From Dehalococcoidia bacterium (GTDB lineage Bacteria > Chloroflexota > Dehalococcoidia > Lucifugimonadales > Australimonadaceae), in assembly GCA_965200975.1 (NCBI GenBank), contig OZ241740.1, forward strand, positions 1,346,636 to 1,410,635: DNA of 64,000 nucleotides. The letters are read 5' to 3'. Under the pieces are notes generated by a model. The model had not been told where the DNA came from. It did no database searches and saw only the letters and a list, made by a program, of their open reading frames with translations. Of this stretch, positions 35,138 through 44,186 are shown in pieces (positions within the stretch are counted from its first letter, which is position 1; each line of letters starts with the position of its first letter). Both the position numbers and the translations under genes were made by a program.

Positions 35138-36655
35138 ATGACGCAACAGCGCGCATTCGACGTCATCGTTATCGGAGGCGGCTCCGCCGGCTGCGCGGCT
35201 GCCGCGCGCCTCAGCGAAGACCCGAACCGGCGTGTGCTCCTGCTCGAGGCCGGCCCTGATCCGCAGCCGCAGCCTCCCGAGATCGCCAGCGGCGACCGCG
35301 CCGCTCGCGTCGTCCTCGAATCGCCCTATGTCGTCCTCTACGAAACGGAGCGCGCCAGCGGAGACGGCGCCTTCTACAACGTCAGCGGGCGCGTTATGGG
35401 CGGCGGGTCGTCCGTCAACGCTATGGCGGTCGTCCGGCCTACGCGCCATGACCTCGACACCTGGGCTGCTCTCGGCAACCCCGGCTGGTCTTACGACGAT
35501 TGCCTCCCGATTCTCAAGCGCCTCGAGACCGACGCCGACTACGGCGACCACGACATTCACGGCAACGAGGGGCCGCTCTACGCCCAGCGCCTCTTCCGCC
35601 TCGACATGGACGCGTCCGAGCCGGTGCAGGCTTTCATCGACCGCGCCGTTAGTATGGGCCTGCCTATCTGCCCCGACCTTAACGTTCCCGACCCCTTCGG
35701 GGTCTGCGGCTCCGCGTACAACGTCAAGGACGGCGTCCGGCAGTCCACGGTTGTCGCCTACCTCGACCCCGCCCGCGGGCGCCCCAACCTGGAGATCGTC
35801 GCCGGCGCTCCTGTTCACGCGCTTCGGTTCGCCAGCGGCCGTGTCTCGGAAGTCGTTTACCGGCAGGGAAGCAGCCTCGTCTCCGCCGCGGCGGAGAGCG
35901 TCGTCCTCAGCGCCGGCGTTTACCACAGCCCGCAGATACTCACCCTCTCGGGCATTGGCCGCGAGGAAGAGCTGCGCCGCCTTGGCGTTCCTCCTGTGCT
36001 CATCCGTGAAGGCGTAGGCGAGAACTACCAGGATCACGCAACCCTCACGATGACGTACGAGGGCCGTTCGGATTTCGACCCCGACTGGGTGATCCCGCGC
36101 TTCCGTCTGATGTACAAGAGCGACCCCGGCCTGCCGTGCGGCAACTTCCACATCTTCCAGCGCCCGCCCACCATCATCGAGGGTATGAAGCGGATGATGC
36201 CCGTCTCCGCGAACCTCGTCGAGCAGCGCGCCCGCGGAAGCATCCGCTTCAACAGCGCGAACCCGGACGACACTCCTGAAATCCTCGACGCGATGCTCAA
36301 GCATCCCGACGACCTCAAGGCGATGCTGACCGCTATGGAGTTCATCCACGAGCTCGTCAGCGACGAGTCGATGGAGGCGTACTACGGCCCGCTGCTCTCT
36401 CCTTCCTCAGGCGAGGACTGGACGGAGTTCGCGCTCGGCGCGCACGCCTCGTACCATCACGGAGTCGGCACCTGCAAGATGGGCCCGGCGTCCGACCCTC
36501 TGGCCGTTGTCGGCAACGACCTCAAGGCTCACGGCGTCGACAACCTCTACGTCGCCGACGCCTCCATAATGCCGACTACCCCCCATGCCAACACCAATGT
36601 AACCGCCATTATGATCGGCGAGCGCCTGTCGGACATCATCAAGGCGCAAGACTAG
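35138..36655 (+). CDS. GMC-family FAD oxidoreductase (choline dehydrogenase-like)
   Basis: DVIVIGGGSAGCAAAARLSED..LLLEAGP, and C-terminal SYHHGVGTCKMG..VADASIMP. Confidence 0.85.
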   Translation: MTQQRAFDVIVIGGGSAGCAAAARLSEDPNRRVLLLEAGPDPQPQPPEIASGDRAARVVLESPYVVLYETERASGDGAFYNVSGRVMGGGSSVNAMAVVRPTRHDLDTWAALGNPGWSYDDCLPILKRLETDADYGDHDIHGNEGPLYAQRLFRLDMDASEPVQAFIDRAVSMGLPICPDLNVPDPFGVCGSAYNVKDGVRQSTVVAYLDPARGRPNLEIVAGAPVHALRFASGRVSEVVYRQGSSLVSAAAESVVLSAGVYHSPQILTLSGIGREEELRRLGVPPVLIREGVGENYQDHATLTMTYEGRSDFDPDWVIPRFRLMYKSDPGLPCGNFHIFQRPPTIIEGMKRMMPVSANLVEQRARGSIRFNSANPDDTPEILDAMLKHPDDLKAMLTAMEFIHELVSDESMEAYYGPLLSPSSGEDWTEFALGAHASYHHGVGTCKMGPASDPLAVVGNDLKAHGVDNLYVADASIMPTTPHANTNVTAIMIGERLSDIIKAQD

Positions 36656-36693
36656 AACCACGCGGCGACAGCCAGCAGCCAAGGAGGCGACCA

Positions 36694-37149
36694 ATGGCCA
36701 CAGACACGCGCACCGCTCCCAAAACTTCCACGTTCTCGATCAAGGGCCCCTACCTCTCCGCCGGCAGGCTCAACATCGACCTCGCCCGCACCGATCTGCT
36801 CTGGCTGAGCCTCAAGGTCAACGCCGAGGGAGGCGAGAACGCCGTCCACGCCCACACCGACGAAGACCACTCGTTCATCGTCCTCGAGGGCGAGGTTACG
36901 TTCTTCGACGAAAACGGCGACGGCAAGACGCTCTCACAGTACGAGGGCATCATGATCCCCAAGGGCGCCTACTACCGCTACCTCAACACCGGCGGACGCA
37001 ACCTCTTCCTCTTGCGCGTCGGCGCGCAGATGGAGCGCAGCGGCATAACCCGCGTCACGCCTGGCGGCGTCGAGATCCCCGGCGACTCCCCGGAGAACCA
37101 CCACGTCGACCCCGTAGCTATCGAGGGCAAGAACTTCGGCGCGCAGTGA
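36694..37149 (+). CDS. small cupin-domain protein
   Basis: 151 aa. NAVHAHTDEDHSFIVLEGEV...MIPKGAYYRYLN. AAGGAGG precedes the ATG. Confidence 0.6.
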   Translation: MATDTRTAPKTSTFSIKGPYLSAGRLNIDLARTDLLWLSLKVNAEGGENAVHAHTDEDHSFIVLEGEVTFFDENGDGKTLSQYEGIMIPKGAYYRYLNTGGRNLFLLRVGAQMERSGITRVTPGGVEIPGDSPENHHVDPVAIEGKNFGAQ

Positions 37150-37263
37150 CCCCCGGCGCGCCGGCGGACGCGGCAGCCCCATTCCTCGCGTGGTCTCGCG
37201 TGGGCGGAAGAGGAGTAGGGTTGCCGCGTCGTCTTGCGCGGACAGGCGCCTTGCAGCTCGCCG

Positions 37264-38478
37264 CTAGAGGGTCAGCTCCAAGATGTAGAGCCCGCCCTTC
37301 AGGCGATCCACCACGTACATAATGCCGTTCTCGTCCACGTAGACGTCGTTGATCCCGTTGGACGCCGCCCCTTCCGGGATAGGCGGCACAAAGTACGCTA
37401 CCTCCTCCGGCTGGAACGGGTTGCTCGTGTCGAACACCCGAACGCCGGCGTTGAAGAACGTGCCGAATATCAGCGTGTCGGACTGGAAGCAGGTGGGCCC
37501 CGGCTGGTTCTCGTAGATGTTGTGCGCGCCGAAGCGTCCGGGGCGGTTGAAGAAGTCGTTGGTGTCCGGCATAGGGAAGGTGCTGATGATCACAGGGTTG
37601 GTCTCGTCCCGAATGTCCATCATCCAGATTAGCTTGGGGTAGTCCTCGCCGTTGTTCCGCACCGCCTCCTGCGTCACCACCATCAAGTCCCGGCTGAACA
37701 GAGGCAGCGCAGTGTGGGTGAACCCGGGGAAGGGCGGCGCGTAGTTGAGCCGGCTCACGACCGTGGGGTTGGCCTTGTCGGAGATATCGAGGATGGCTAT
37801 CCCGGAGTCCAGGTAGGCGCAGTAGGCGCGGTCGGGACGTTGGGGATAGACGTTGGCGTTGTGCAGTCGATGCCCGGAGTCGAACTGGGGATGCCGCCGC
37901 ACAGGCGGGGCGTCGTCTCTTTCCCGGGTTCCGGGAACCCACCAGCGTCCTGCTTCCGCCGGACGGGCAGGGTCTCTGACGTCGACAATCATGTAGAACT
38001 GGTCGTCCTTCTGGTCGCGCGGTTGAAAATCAGCCGCGCCGGTGGAGAGATGGGCGTACTCCCCATCCACCCACCAGAGAACGTGACAGCCCCGCGAGTA
38101 GGGGCCGCCCGTGTCGAAGAAGCTGATTCGTTTCGGGCCGTCCGCGCTGCCGATGTCGTAGACGCCCATCCCCGTACCGGGCTGCCCGGGATCCAGCGAC
38201 TGATAGGCCACCAGCATTGTGTCGTCCACAATGGAGAGGGAATTGGAGCGCAGATGGGGGTAGTCCAGCTCAGTCTGCACCGTCACCCTGGGGTTGGCGA
38301 TGTCGGTGACGTCCACGCCGGTGATGTCCTTGGGCGCGCTCTCATGGGCCATATAGAGGATGCGGCGTCCCTCTTTCGTCTGATGGAGATGCACTCCTTC
38401 GCCGATGTTGCCGAAGCCGTTGAGGTCGTGGTGCGAGATGAGCCACATATTGCGGATTTCCTGCGTTTGAGTAGCCAT
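37264..38478 (-). CDS. LVIVD-repeat beta-propeller protein
   Basis: ATG 38478 follows AAGGAG. Recurring xxxxD(I/V)xxPxxP blades (VDVTDIANPRV, MIVDVRDPARP, IAILDISDKANP, WMMDIRDETNP, VRVFDTSNPFQP). Confidence 0.6.
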   Translation of the reverse strand: MATQTQEIRNMWLISHHDLNGFGNIGEGVHLHQTKEGRRILYMAHESAPKDITGVDVTDIANPRVTVQTELDYPHLRSNSLSIVDDTMLVAYQSLDPGQPGTGMGVYDIGSADGPKRISFFDTGGPYSRGCHVLWWVDGEYAHLSTGAADFQPRDQKDDQFYMIVDVRDPARPAEAGRWWVPGTRERDDAPPVRRHPQFDSGHRLHNANVYPQRPDRAYCAYLDSGIAILDISDKANPTVVSRLNYAPPFPGFTHTALPLFSRDLMVVTQEAVRNNGEDYPKLIWMMDIRDETNPVIISTFPMPDTNDFFNRPGRFGAHNIYENQPGPTCFQSDTLIFGTFFNAGVRVFDTSNPFQPEEVAYFVPPIPEGAASNGINDVYVDENGIMYVVDRLKGGLYILELTL

Positions 38479-38584
38479 AGCGTCTCCTTTAGCGTGGCCT
38501 CGCGCCCTGCGCCGCACAAGCTACCAGCAAACCCGCTTGTCCGCCACGCCGTCCTTATTGTTGCGCAAGCGCCCAGAGCGGAAA

Positions 38585-38651
38585 CTGGGAGAGCGTCCGC
38601 TCTCCCAGACCCCCTGGCGTCATTCGGAGCCGCTTCCCCCAGACCTCCTGG
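38585..38651. repeat. two copies (minus orientation) of the dispersed element ..GG(A/G)GGTCTGGG(G/A)GA(G/A)GC.., one with perfect palindrome GGGAGAGCG-tc-CGCTCTCCC (38587-38606)
   Basis: Compared by eye with 41900-41983, 44121-44153 and 63513-63550. Confidence 0.6.
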
Positions 38652-38740
38652 CTTCAATTCCGACCGCTCTGCCAGTCTCTCCTTGGCCTGATTCGGAATC
38701 GCTAGCACGGCTCTCCCCTGAATCCTTTACAATCGCTCCG

Positions 38741-39757
38741 ATGATTATTGACGTCCATGGGCACTACACCACCGCGCCTCCACAGCTCCGGGAGTGGCGC
38801 GCCCGCCAGATCGAAAGCGCGGGTCGGCCTTTCACCGAACCGCTGCGCATCACCGACGACGAGATACGCGAGACTATCGAGAGCGGGCAACTCCGCCTCC
38901 AGCGCGACCGCGGCACGGATCTCGCCCTCTTCTCATCTACCGCCGGCGGTATGGGACACCACTACGGCGACGCGCGCACCAGCCTCGAGTGGACTCGCGC
39001 CGTCAACGACCTCGTCCACCGCGTCTGCGCTATGTTCCCGGACAACTTCATCGGCGTTTGCCAGCTGCCCCAGTCGCCCGGAGTCTCTCCTTCCGAATGC
39101 GTCGCCGAACTCGACCGCTGCGTCAACGAACTCGGGTTCGTTGGATGCAACCTCAACCCCGACCCCTCCGACGGCTACTGGACCGATCCGCCGCTCACCG
39201 ACCGCTGGTGGTACCGCCTCTACGAGCGCATGGTCGAGCTCGAAGTCCCCGCGATGGTGCACGTCAGCATGTCGTGCAACCCCAACTTCCACGGCACCGG
39301 CGCCCACTACCTCAACGGCGACACCGCCGCCTTTATGCAGTTCCTGACGTCGGACATCTTCTCCGACTTTCCCTCGCTCACGTTCGTCCTTCCCCACGGC
39401 GGCGGCGCCGTCCCTTTCCATTGGGGGCGCTACCGGGGCATCGCGCAGGATATGGGCCGCCCTCCGCTGGATGAGCTCCTCCTCGGCAATCTCTACTTCG
39501 ACACCTGCGTCTACCACCAGGCCGGCATCGACCTGCTCGTACAGGTAATGGGCGCCGGCAACGTGATATTCGCTTCGGAGATGATCGGCGCCGTGCGCGG
39601 GGTCGACTCCCGCACAGGCCGCTACTTCGACGACACGAAACCGTACATCGACGCCGTCCCCGGCATCACAGAGGACGACAGGCGCAAGATCTTTCATGAC
39701 AACGCTCTGTCGGCTTACCCCCGGCTGCGCTCCCGCCTCGCTCTCGCCGCGGGCTAA
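38741..39757 (+). CDS. amidohydrolase-2 family protein (ACMSD / resorcylate-decarboxylase-like)
   Basis: ATG 38741 (MIIDVHGHY..), with ..VHVSMS.., LPHGGGAVPF, FASEM... typical of the decarboxylase branch. Confidence 0.75.
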   Translation: MIIDVHGHYTTAPPQLREWRARQIESAGRPFTEPLRITDDEIRETIESGQLRLQRDRGTDLALFSSTAGGMGHHYGDARTSLEWTRAVNDLVHRVCAMFPDNFIGVCQLPQSPGVSPSECVAELDRCVNELGFVGCNLNPDPSDGYWTDPPLTDRWWYRLYERMVELEVPAMVHVSMSCNPNFHGTGAHYLNGDTAAFMQFLTSDIFSDFPSLTFVLPHGGGAVPFHWGRYRGIAQDMGRPPLDELLLGNLYFDTCVYHQAGIDLLVQVMGAGNVIFASEMIGAVRGVDSRTGRYFDDTKPYIDAVPGITEDDRRKIFHDNALSAYPRLRSRLALAAG

Positions 39758-41124
39758 CGCTCCGCGCTCTGCCGCTGCTCCATCGGACGAAAGAGGGCGA
39801 GCAGGGTCGCCGCCGCCATCAGCGTTCCGAACACGAGATAGGCCGTTCGCGCAGCCGCCGCGACGCGTTCCGCGCCGGCCTCTTCCAACCCCGTTGATCC
39901 GAGCCCTGACGTGAAAATCGCCTCGGCTAGCGCAACGCCGACTATCAACCCGACGTAGCGCAGCGTCGGAATCAGCGCCGACACGGTGCCGACGCGCTCT
40001 TGAGGCGCCGCGCGCATAATCACGCTCTGGTTCGGCGCCTGGAAGAACGAGCCGCCAACCCCCGCCAGGACGAGTATCCCCGCAACCACAGGGATCGGCG
40101 TCGACGGCGTCAGCGTCGCAAACAGCAGCAGCGCAGTTGCGGATACGCCCAGCCCTATCGTGGTCGGCGCCTTGGGGCCGATGCGGTCTGAAAGCCGCCC
40201 GACGAACGGCGGAATGAAGATGAACGTCACGGGAAGGCAGAGCATCACGAACCCCGTTTCAATCGGCGTCAGGCCCCGCGACGACAGCAGATAGAACGGC
40301 ATCAGGAACGTCACCGCCATCGCCGACGTCCCCGTAACCAGCATCAGCGCGCTCGCAAACGACAGCGCCGGGTTCCGGAACATCCGCAAGTCCACCACCG
40401 GACTCTCCGCCCGCACGGAGCGCAGCGCGAAAGCCGCCATCGCTCCGCCGCTCAGCAGCAGCGCAAAGGCAATGGACGGCGACGTCCACCCAAGCGCGGG
40501 GCCGCGATTCAGGCCGACGGCCATCAGCGTAAGGGCTGCGAACAATAACGCTGCGCCGGTGAAATCAGTGCGCCTGTCGAGCGTTGCGCGAGCGCTTGGC
40601 AAGCACGCGGCGGCGAGCGCGAACGCGGCGAACCCGAACGGCGCCCGCGCCCAGAAGACCGATCGCCATCCAAGCGTGTCCAGCAGCACTCCTCCCAGCG
40701 CAGGGCCCGCCATCAGGCCGAACCCGGCGACCGAGGCCAGCAGTCCCAGGGCCTTGCCCTTCTCGTTGACCGGGAATGCTCTCGAAACCAGCCCGACCGA
40801 CAGCGACACCATCATCGCCGCCCCTATGCCCTGGACCGCCCGCAGCCCGATGATCGCCAGGATGCCGGGGGCGATCGCGGTGAGGGCCAGTCCGGAGGAG
40901 TAGATGAACGCTCCACCCGTGAAGATGATGCGGGGCCCGAACTGGTCGGCGAGCCGCCCCATTGGCAGCGCTAGCCCCAGCACAAGCAGCTGGTACGACA
41001 GCGCAATCCATACGACGGTCGAAGTCGAGGCGCCGAACTCCCCGGCGAGCGAGGGCATAGCGATAGCCACGATCGAAAAATCGGACGTGCCAAGCAACGT
41101 GCTCGCCGCTGCGACGGCGAGCAC
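39754..41124 (-). CDS. MFS transporter, DHA2 (14-TM drug/H+ antiporter)-like
   Basis: 456 aa. ..IVAIAMPSLAGEFGAS...GRLADQFGPR.., RAVQGIGAAMM. Confidence 0.8.
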   Translation of the reverse strand: MLAVAAASTLLGTSDFSIVAIAMPSLAGEFGASTSTVVWIALSYQLLVLGLALPMGRLADQFGPRIIFTGGAFIYSSGLALTAIAPGILAIIGLRAVQGIGAAMMVSLSVGLVSRAFPVNEKGKALGLLASVAGFGLMAGPALGGVLLDTLGWRSVFWARAPFGFAAFALAAACLPSARATLDRRTDFTGAALLFAALTLMAVGLNRGPALGWTSPSIAFALLLSGGAMAAFALRSVRAESPVVDLRMFRNPALSFASALMLVTGTSAMAVTFLMPFYLLSSRGLTPIETGFVMLCLPVTFIFIPPFVGRLSDRIGPKAPTTIGLGVSATALLLFATLTPSTPIPVVAGILVLAGVGGSFFQAPNQSVIMRAAPQERVGTVSALIPTLRYVGLIVGVALAEAIFTSGLGSTGLEEAGAERVAAAARTAYLVFGTLMAAATLLALFRPMEQRQSAER

Positions 41125-41172
41125 GGCCCATTTCGATCCCGAAGGCGCCTGTTCGCGAACAGCTGCGATCGG

Positions 41173-41799
41173 TTACTCCGCAGGAGAAGGAAACATCTGC
41201 ACCGGAGTCTGCCGGGGCCCCAGGCTCTCGTAGTATTCGTTCGTGTCGAGGACGTAGCGCCCCTGGTTGAAGCCGCCCGACTTCTCGCTGCGGATGATGA
41301 TCGCTACGGTGCGCTCGCCTACGGTGTTCTCCACGTGAATCTCGTAGGGCTTCACCAGGTCGATCTCTCCGGGCCCGACATGCATGTCGGCGACGAGCTT
41401 GACTTCAGCGTAGTTGGGGCGGGAGCGGTCGTCGATGCGCTCGTAGCGCGAGATGCGCTCGTGGCCGTCGAGCACTCCGTAGAGCGTGTAGATGTGAGCG
41501 TGGTCGTGCACGCGGTTGCTCTGCCGTCCCTGGCGAGCCTCTCCCTTGGTGAGGCCATTCACTGCGAAACCGAAGTCCGGGTCTTCGTAGAAGATCAGGT
41601 TCTCGGCCCTGCCGTCGGCGGGCACGCAGTCGGGCCAGGACGCAGAGGCCTCGATGACGCTGGGGTCGGCGAGCATCTCCGCGAGGATTGGCGTCAGCGC
41701 AGTCCAGCGTTTCTCCAGGTCGGGTTCCTGTGCGAACAGCTCACGGGTCTGGGCGACAAACCGGTCGAGAGCGTTCTGAGTCCGGGTTTCCACTACCAT
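41173..41799 (-). CDS. cupin, cysteine-dioxygenase-type-I-like protein (paralog of 29483..30112)
   Basis: ATG 41799 follows GGGAGGA, giving 208 aa versus 209 aa for the paralog. Shared blocks: ALDRF.A.TRELFA.EPD.EKRW, ENL.FYED.D(Y/F)GF, HDHAHIYTLYGVL.GHE, VAIIIRS.KSG.F.QGRY. Confidence 0.5.
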   Translation of the reverse strand: MVVETRTQNALDRFVAQTRELFAQEPDLEKRWTALTPILAEMLADPSVIEASASWPDCVPADGRAENLIFYEDPDFGFAVNGLTKGEARQGRQSNRVHDHAHIYTLYGVLDGHERISRYERIDDRSRPNYAEVKLVADMHVGPGEIDLVKPYEIHVENTVGERTVAIIIRSEKSGGFNQGRYVLDTNEYYESLGPRQTPVQMFPSPAE

Positions 41800-41899
41800 G
41801 GCGTCCTCCCTGAGGTGCTGGTTGCATTGGAGTGTGCGCCCCTGCGCCGTACAGGTCAAGTGCAGGCGTGCGCCTGTAACCGTCAGACTACCAGCAACG

Positions 41900-41983
41900 C
41901 CCCAACGAGGGGTCTGGGGGAGCGCACTCCCTCCCGGTTCCGTACCCCAACGAGGGGGTCTGGGGGAGCAGGCGCTCTCCCAG
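41900..41983. repeat. two tandem ~45-bp copies of the dispersed element CCCCAACGAGGGG(G)TCTGGGGGAGC..CTC(T)CCC
   Basis: 41900-41935 and 41945-41983, in the divergent region between the CDO-like cupin and bicupin 2. Confidence 0.7.
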
Positions 41984-42053
41984 TGGCGCGCCGAACGAGC
42001 GGCGGAAGGCGTATAGTTGCCCCGGTTCGAACAACACGCAGGAGGAGGACGCC

Positions 42054-43217
42054 GTGACTACCGTCGACCCGGACGCAGCAATCAAGTACGCGCCTACCCC
42101 CGAGGGGCTGGACGACTTCGGACTTGTTGATTCGTACAAGGAATGGCTCCTGACCGAGGGAGTGAAGGTCATCGAAGACTTCGCCTTCGCCGACCTCTCC
42201 GCCGTCGAGCTTGGGCCGTGGGAGCGCAAGGGAGGGAAGGGCGCCGTCATCAACATTCCCTACCACGTCCTCACCAACGACTCCCAGATCATCGAAATCG
42301 ACCCCGGCGGCAAGTCCGAGCCGGAGCGCCACCTGTACGAGGAGTACATCTACATCGTCTCGGGTGTCGGCGCAACGAGCATCTGGACTCGCGACGGCGC
42401 GGAGAAGAAGACGTTCGAATGGAAGAAGGGCAGCCTCTTCTCGATTCCGCTGAACGCCTGGTACCAGCACTTCAACGGCAGCGGGGCGGAGCCGGCGCGC
42501 TACCTCGCGGTCACCACCGCGCCGCCTAATATGCGCCTCTTCAACGACAACGATTTCATCTTCAACTGCGACTACGCCTTCTCCAGCAGGTACAGCGGAG
42601 AAGACGACTTCTTCAGCGGCAACGGCAAGCTCTACAAGCGCCGCATATGGGCGTCCAACTTTATGCCGAACGCCCCCGACATGGCCCTGTACGAGTGGAG
42701 CGAGCGCGGCGCCGGGGGCATCAACTCTATGTTCGAAATGGCCGGCAATCTCTCCAAGGCGCACATCTCCGAATTCCCGGTCGGCACCTACAAGAAGGCC
42801 CACCGGCACGGCCCCGGCGCCAATCTCGTCCTCCTCAGCGGCGACGCCGGCTTCTCGCTCCTGTGGACCAAAGACGATATGTCCGACCTCCGCAAAGCCG
42901 ACTGGAAAGTCGGCTCGCTCGTCATCGTCCCCAGCGACGGGACGTACCACCAGCACTTCAATTCCGGGACTCGCAGGGCCCGCTACATGGCCTTGACGCC
43001 CGGAACGCACGGGCTCCGCGGGCCTGTGCCGCGCGGGCAGGGCGCCGACCAGAGTTTTAAGGAGGGCGGCTACCAGATCGAGTATGAAGACGAGTCGCCC
43101 CGTATCCATGAGATCTACGAAGAGGAGCTTGCCCGGAACGGCGTAACCTGCCGTATGAAAGCCTTCATCTCCTACTGCAAGGGAGAGGTCGGCCCCACCT
43201 CTGCGCGCGACACGTAG
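42054..43217 (+). CDS. bicupin, gentisate-1,2-dioxygenase-like family (paralog 2 of 3)
   Basis: GTG 42054 follows AGGAGGAGGA. Same blocks as paralog 1 (PGGKSEPERHLYE, WYQHFNGSG, YKKAHRHGPGANL, DGTYHQHFNSG, YQIEYEDESPRIHEIYE..CRMKAFISYCKGEVGPTSARDT). Confidence 0.7.
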   Translation: MTTVDPDAAIKYAPTPEGLDDFGLVDSYKEWLLTEGVKVIEDFAFADLSAVELGPWERKGGKGAVINIPYHVLTNDSQIIEIDPGGKSEPERHLYEEYIYIVSGVGATSIWTRDGAEKKTFEWKKGSLFSIPLNAWYQHFNGSGAEPARYLAVTTAPPNMRLFNDNDFIFNCDYAFSSRYSGEDDFFSGNGKLYKRRIWASNFMPNAPDMALYEWSERGAGGINSMFEMAGNLSKAHISEFPVGTYKKAHRHGPGANLVLLSGDAGFSLLWTKDDMSDLRKADWKVGSLVIVPSDGTYHQHFNSGTRRARYMALTPGTHGLRGPVPRGQGADQSFKEGGYQIEYEDESPRIHEIYEEELARNGVTCRMKAFISYCKGEVGPTSARDT

Positions 43218-43248
43218 GATCCCAACCGAACGCCAAAAGGAGAACCCC

Positions 43249-44046
43249 ATGGACTTCAATCTCGACGGCCGCGTGGCTATCGTCACCGGCGGCGCCCAGG
43301 GACTCGGACGCGCCTGCTGCGCCGAGCTCGCAAAGCACAACGCCGACATCGTCGTCGTCGCGCGCGAACCCGAAGAGGTCACCTACGGACGAAGCCGGCC
43401 TCACGCGCCCGTGGACGACGTCGTCGAGGAGGTGCAGGCCCTGGGCCGCCGCGCGCTCGGCGTCACCGCCGACGTGCGCGACAAAGACCAGGTCGACGCT
43501 ATGGTCGAGAGCGCCCTCGCGGAGTTCGGCAGGGTCGACGTTCTGGTCAATGTCGTCGGCGGCAGCTGGGGCGAAACGTTCAAGGCTGGGCCGCTGATGG
43601 AGCTCACCGAGCACGACCTGCTCGAAGCGTACCGCGTCAACGTCGTAACGATGTTCCAGTGCAGCGTCGCCGTCGCGCCGATTATGAAGCGCCAGGGCAG
43701 GGGGTCGATCATCAACATCGCCTCCATCGCAGGGCGCTCGCCGAGCCCCGACTCGCCGGCCTACGGCGCAGCCAAGGCGGGCGTCATCAACATGACGCTC
43801 TCCATGGCTGCGCTGTGGGGCCCTGAAATCCGCGCTAACGTCATTGCGGTAGGAGGCATAGAGACTCCGCACCGCCCACGCTGGAGCGAGTCGTCGGCCG
43901 CCGCGTACGGCCCCGGCAGCACATCGGCGCTTGGCCGCCTCGGCAAGCCCGAGGAGCACGCGGGCACGGTCGTCTGGCTCGCCTCCGACTACGCCGGCTA
44001 CATCACCGGAGAAGTCATCGACGCCAACGGCGGCGCCCGCCGCTAG
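43249..44046 (+). CDS. short-chain dehydrogenase/reductase (SDR)
   Basis: TGGAQGLGRA, NIASIAG, YGAAK. AAGGAGA precedes the ATG. Confidence 0.85.
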   Translation: MDFNLDGRVAIVTGGAQGLGRACCAELAKHNADIVVVAREPEEVTYGRSRPHAPVDDVVEEVQALGRRALGVTADVRDKDQVDAMVESALAEFGRVDVLVNVVGGSWGETFKAGPLMELTEHDLLEAYRVNVVTMFQCSVAVAPIMKRQGRGSIINIASIAGRSPSPDSPAYGAAKAGVINMTLSMAALWGPEIRANVIAVGGIETPHRPRWSESSAAAYGPGSTSALGRLGKPEEHAGTVVWLASDYAGYITGEVIDANGGARR

Positions 44047-44059
44047 GCTGCCTGTCCGG

Positions 44060-44095
44060 CTCCCCGCTTCTCTTCGAGCACGGAGAAGCGGGGAG
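44060..44095. terminator. hairpin between convergent genes (13-bp perfect stem CTCCCCGCTTCTC/GAGAAGCGGGGAG, 10-nt loop)
   Basis: Read directly from the sequence, 14 nt after the SDR stop. Confidence 0.45.
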
Positions 44096-44186
44096 ATCAG
44101 GGCGCTCTCTCACGTTTCCGCCCCCGGGATTGGGGGAGCGGACGATCTCCCGGCGGCGCGCCGGCGCCGGCTAAGGCTGCGGCGCC

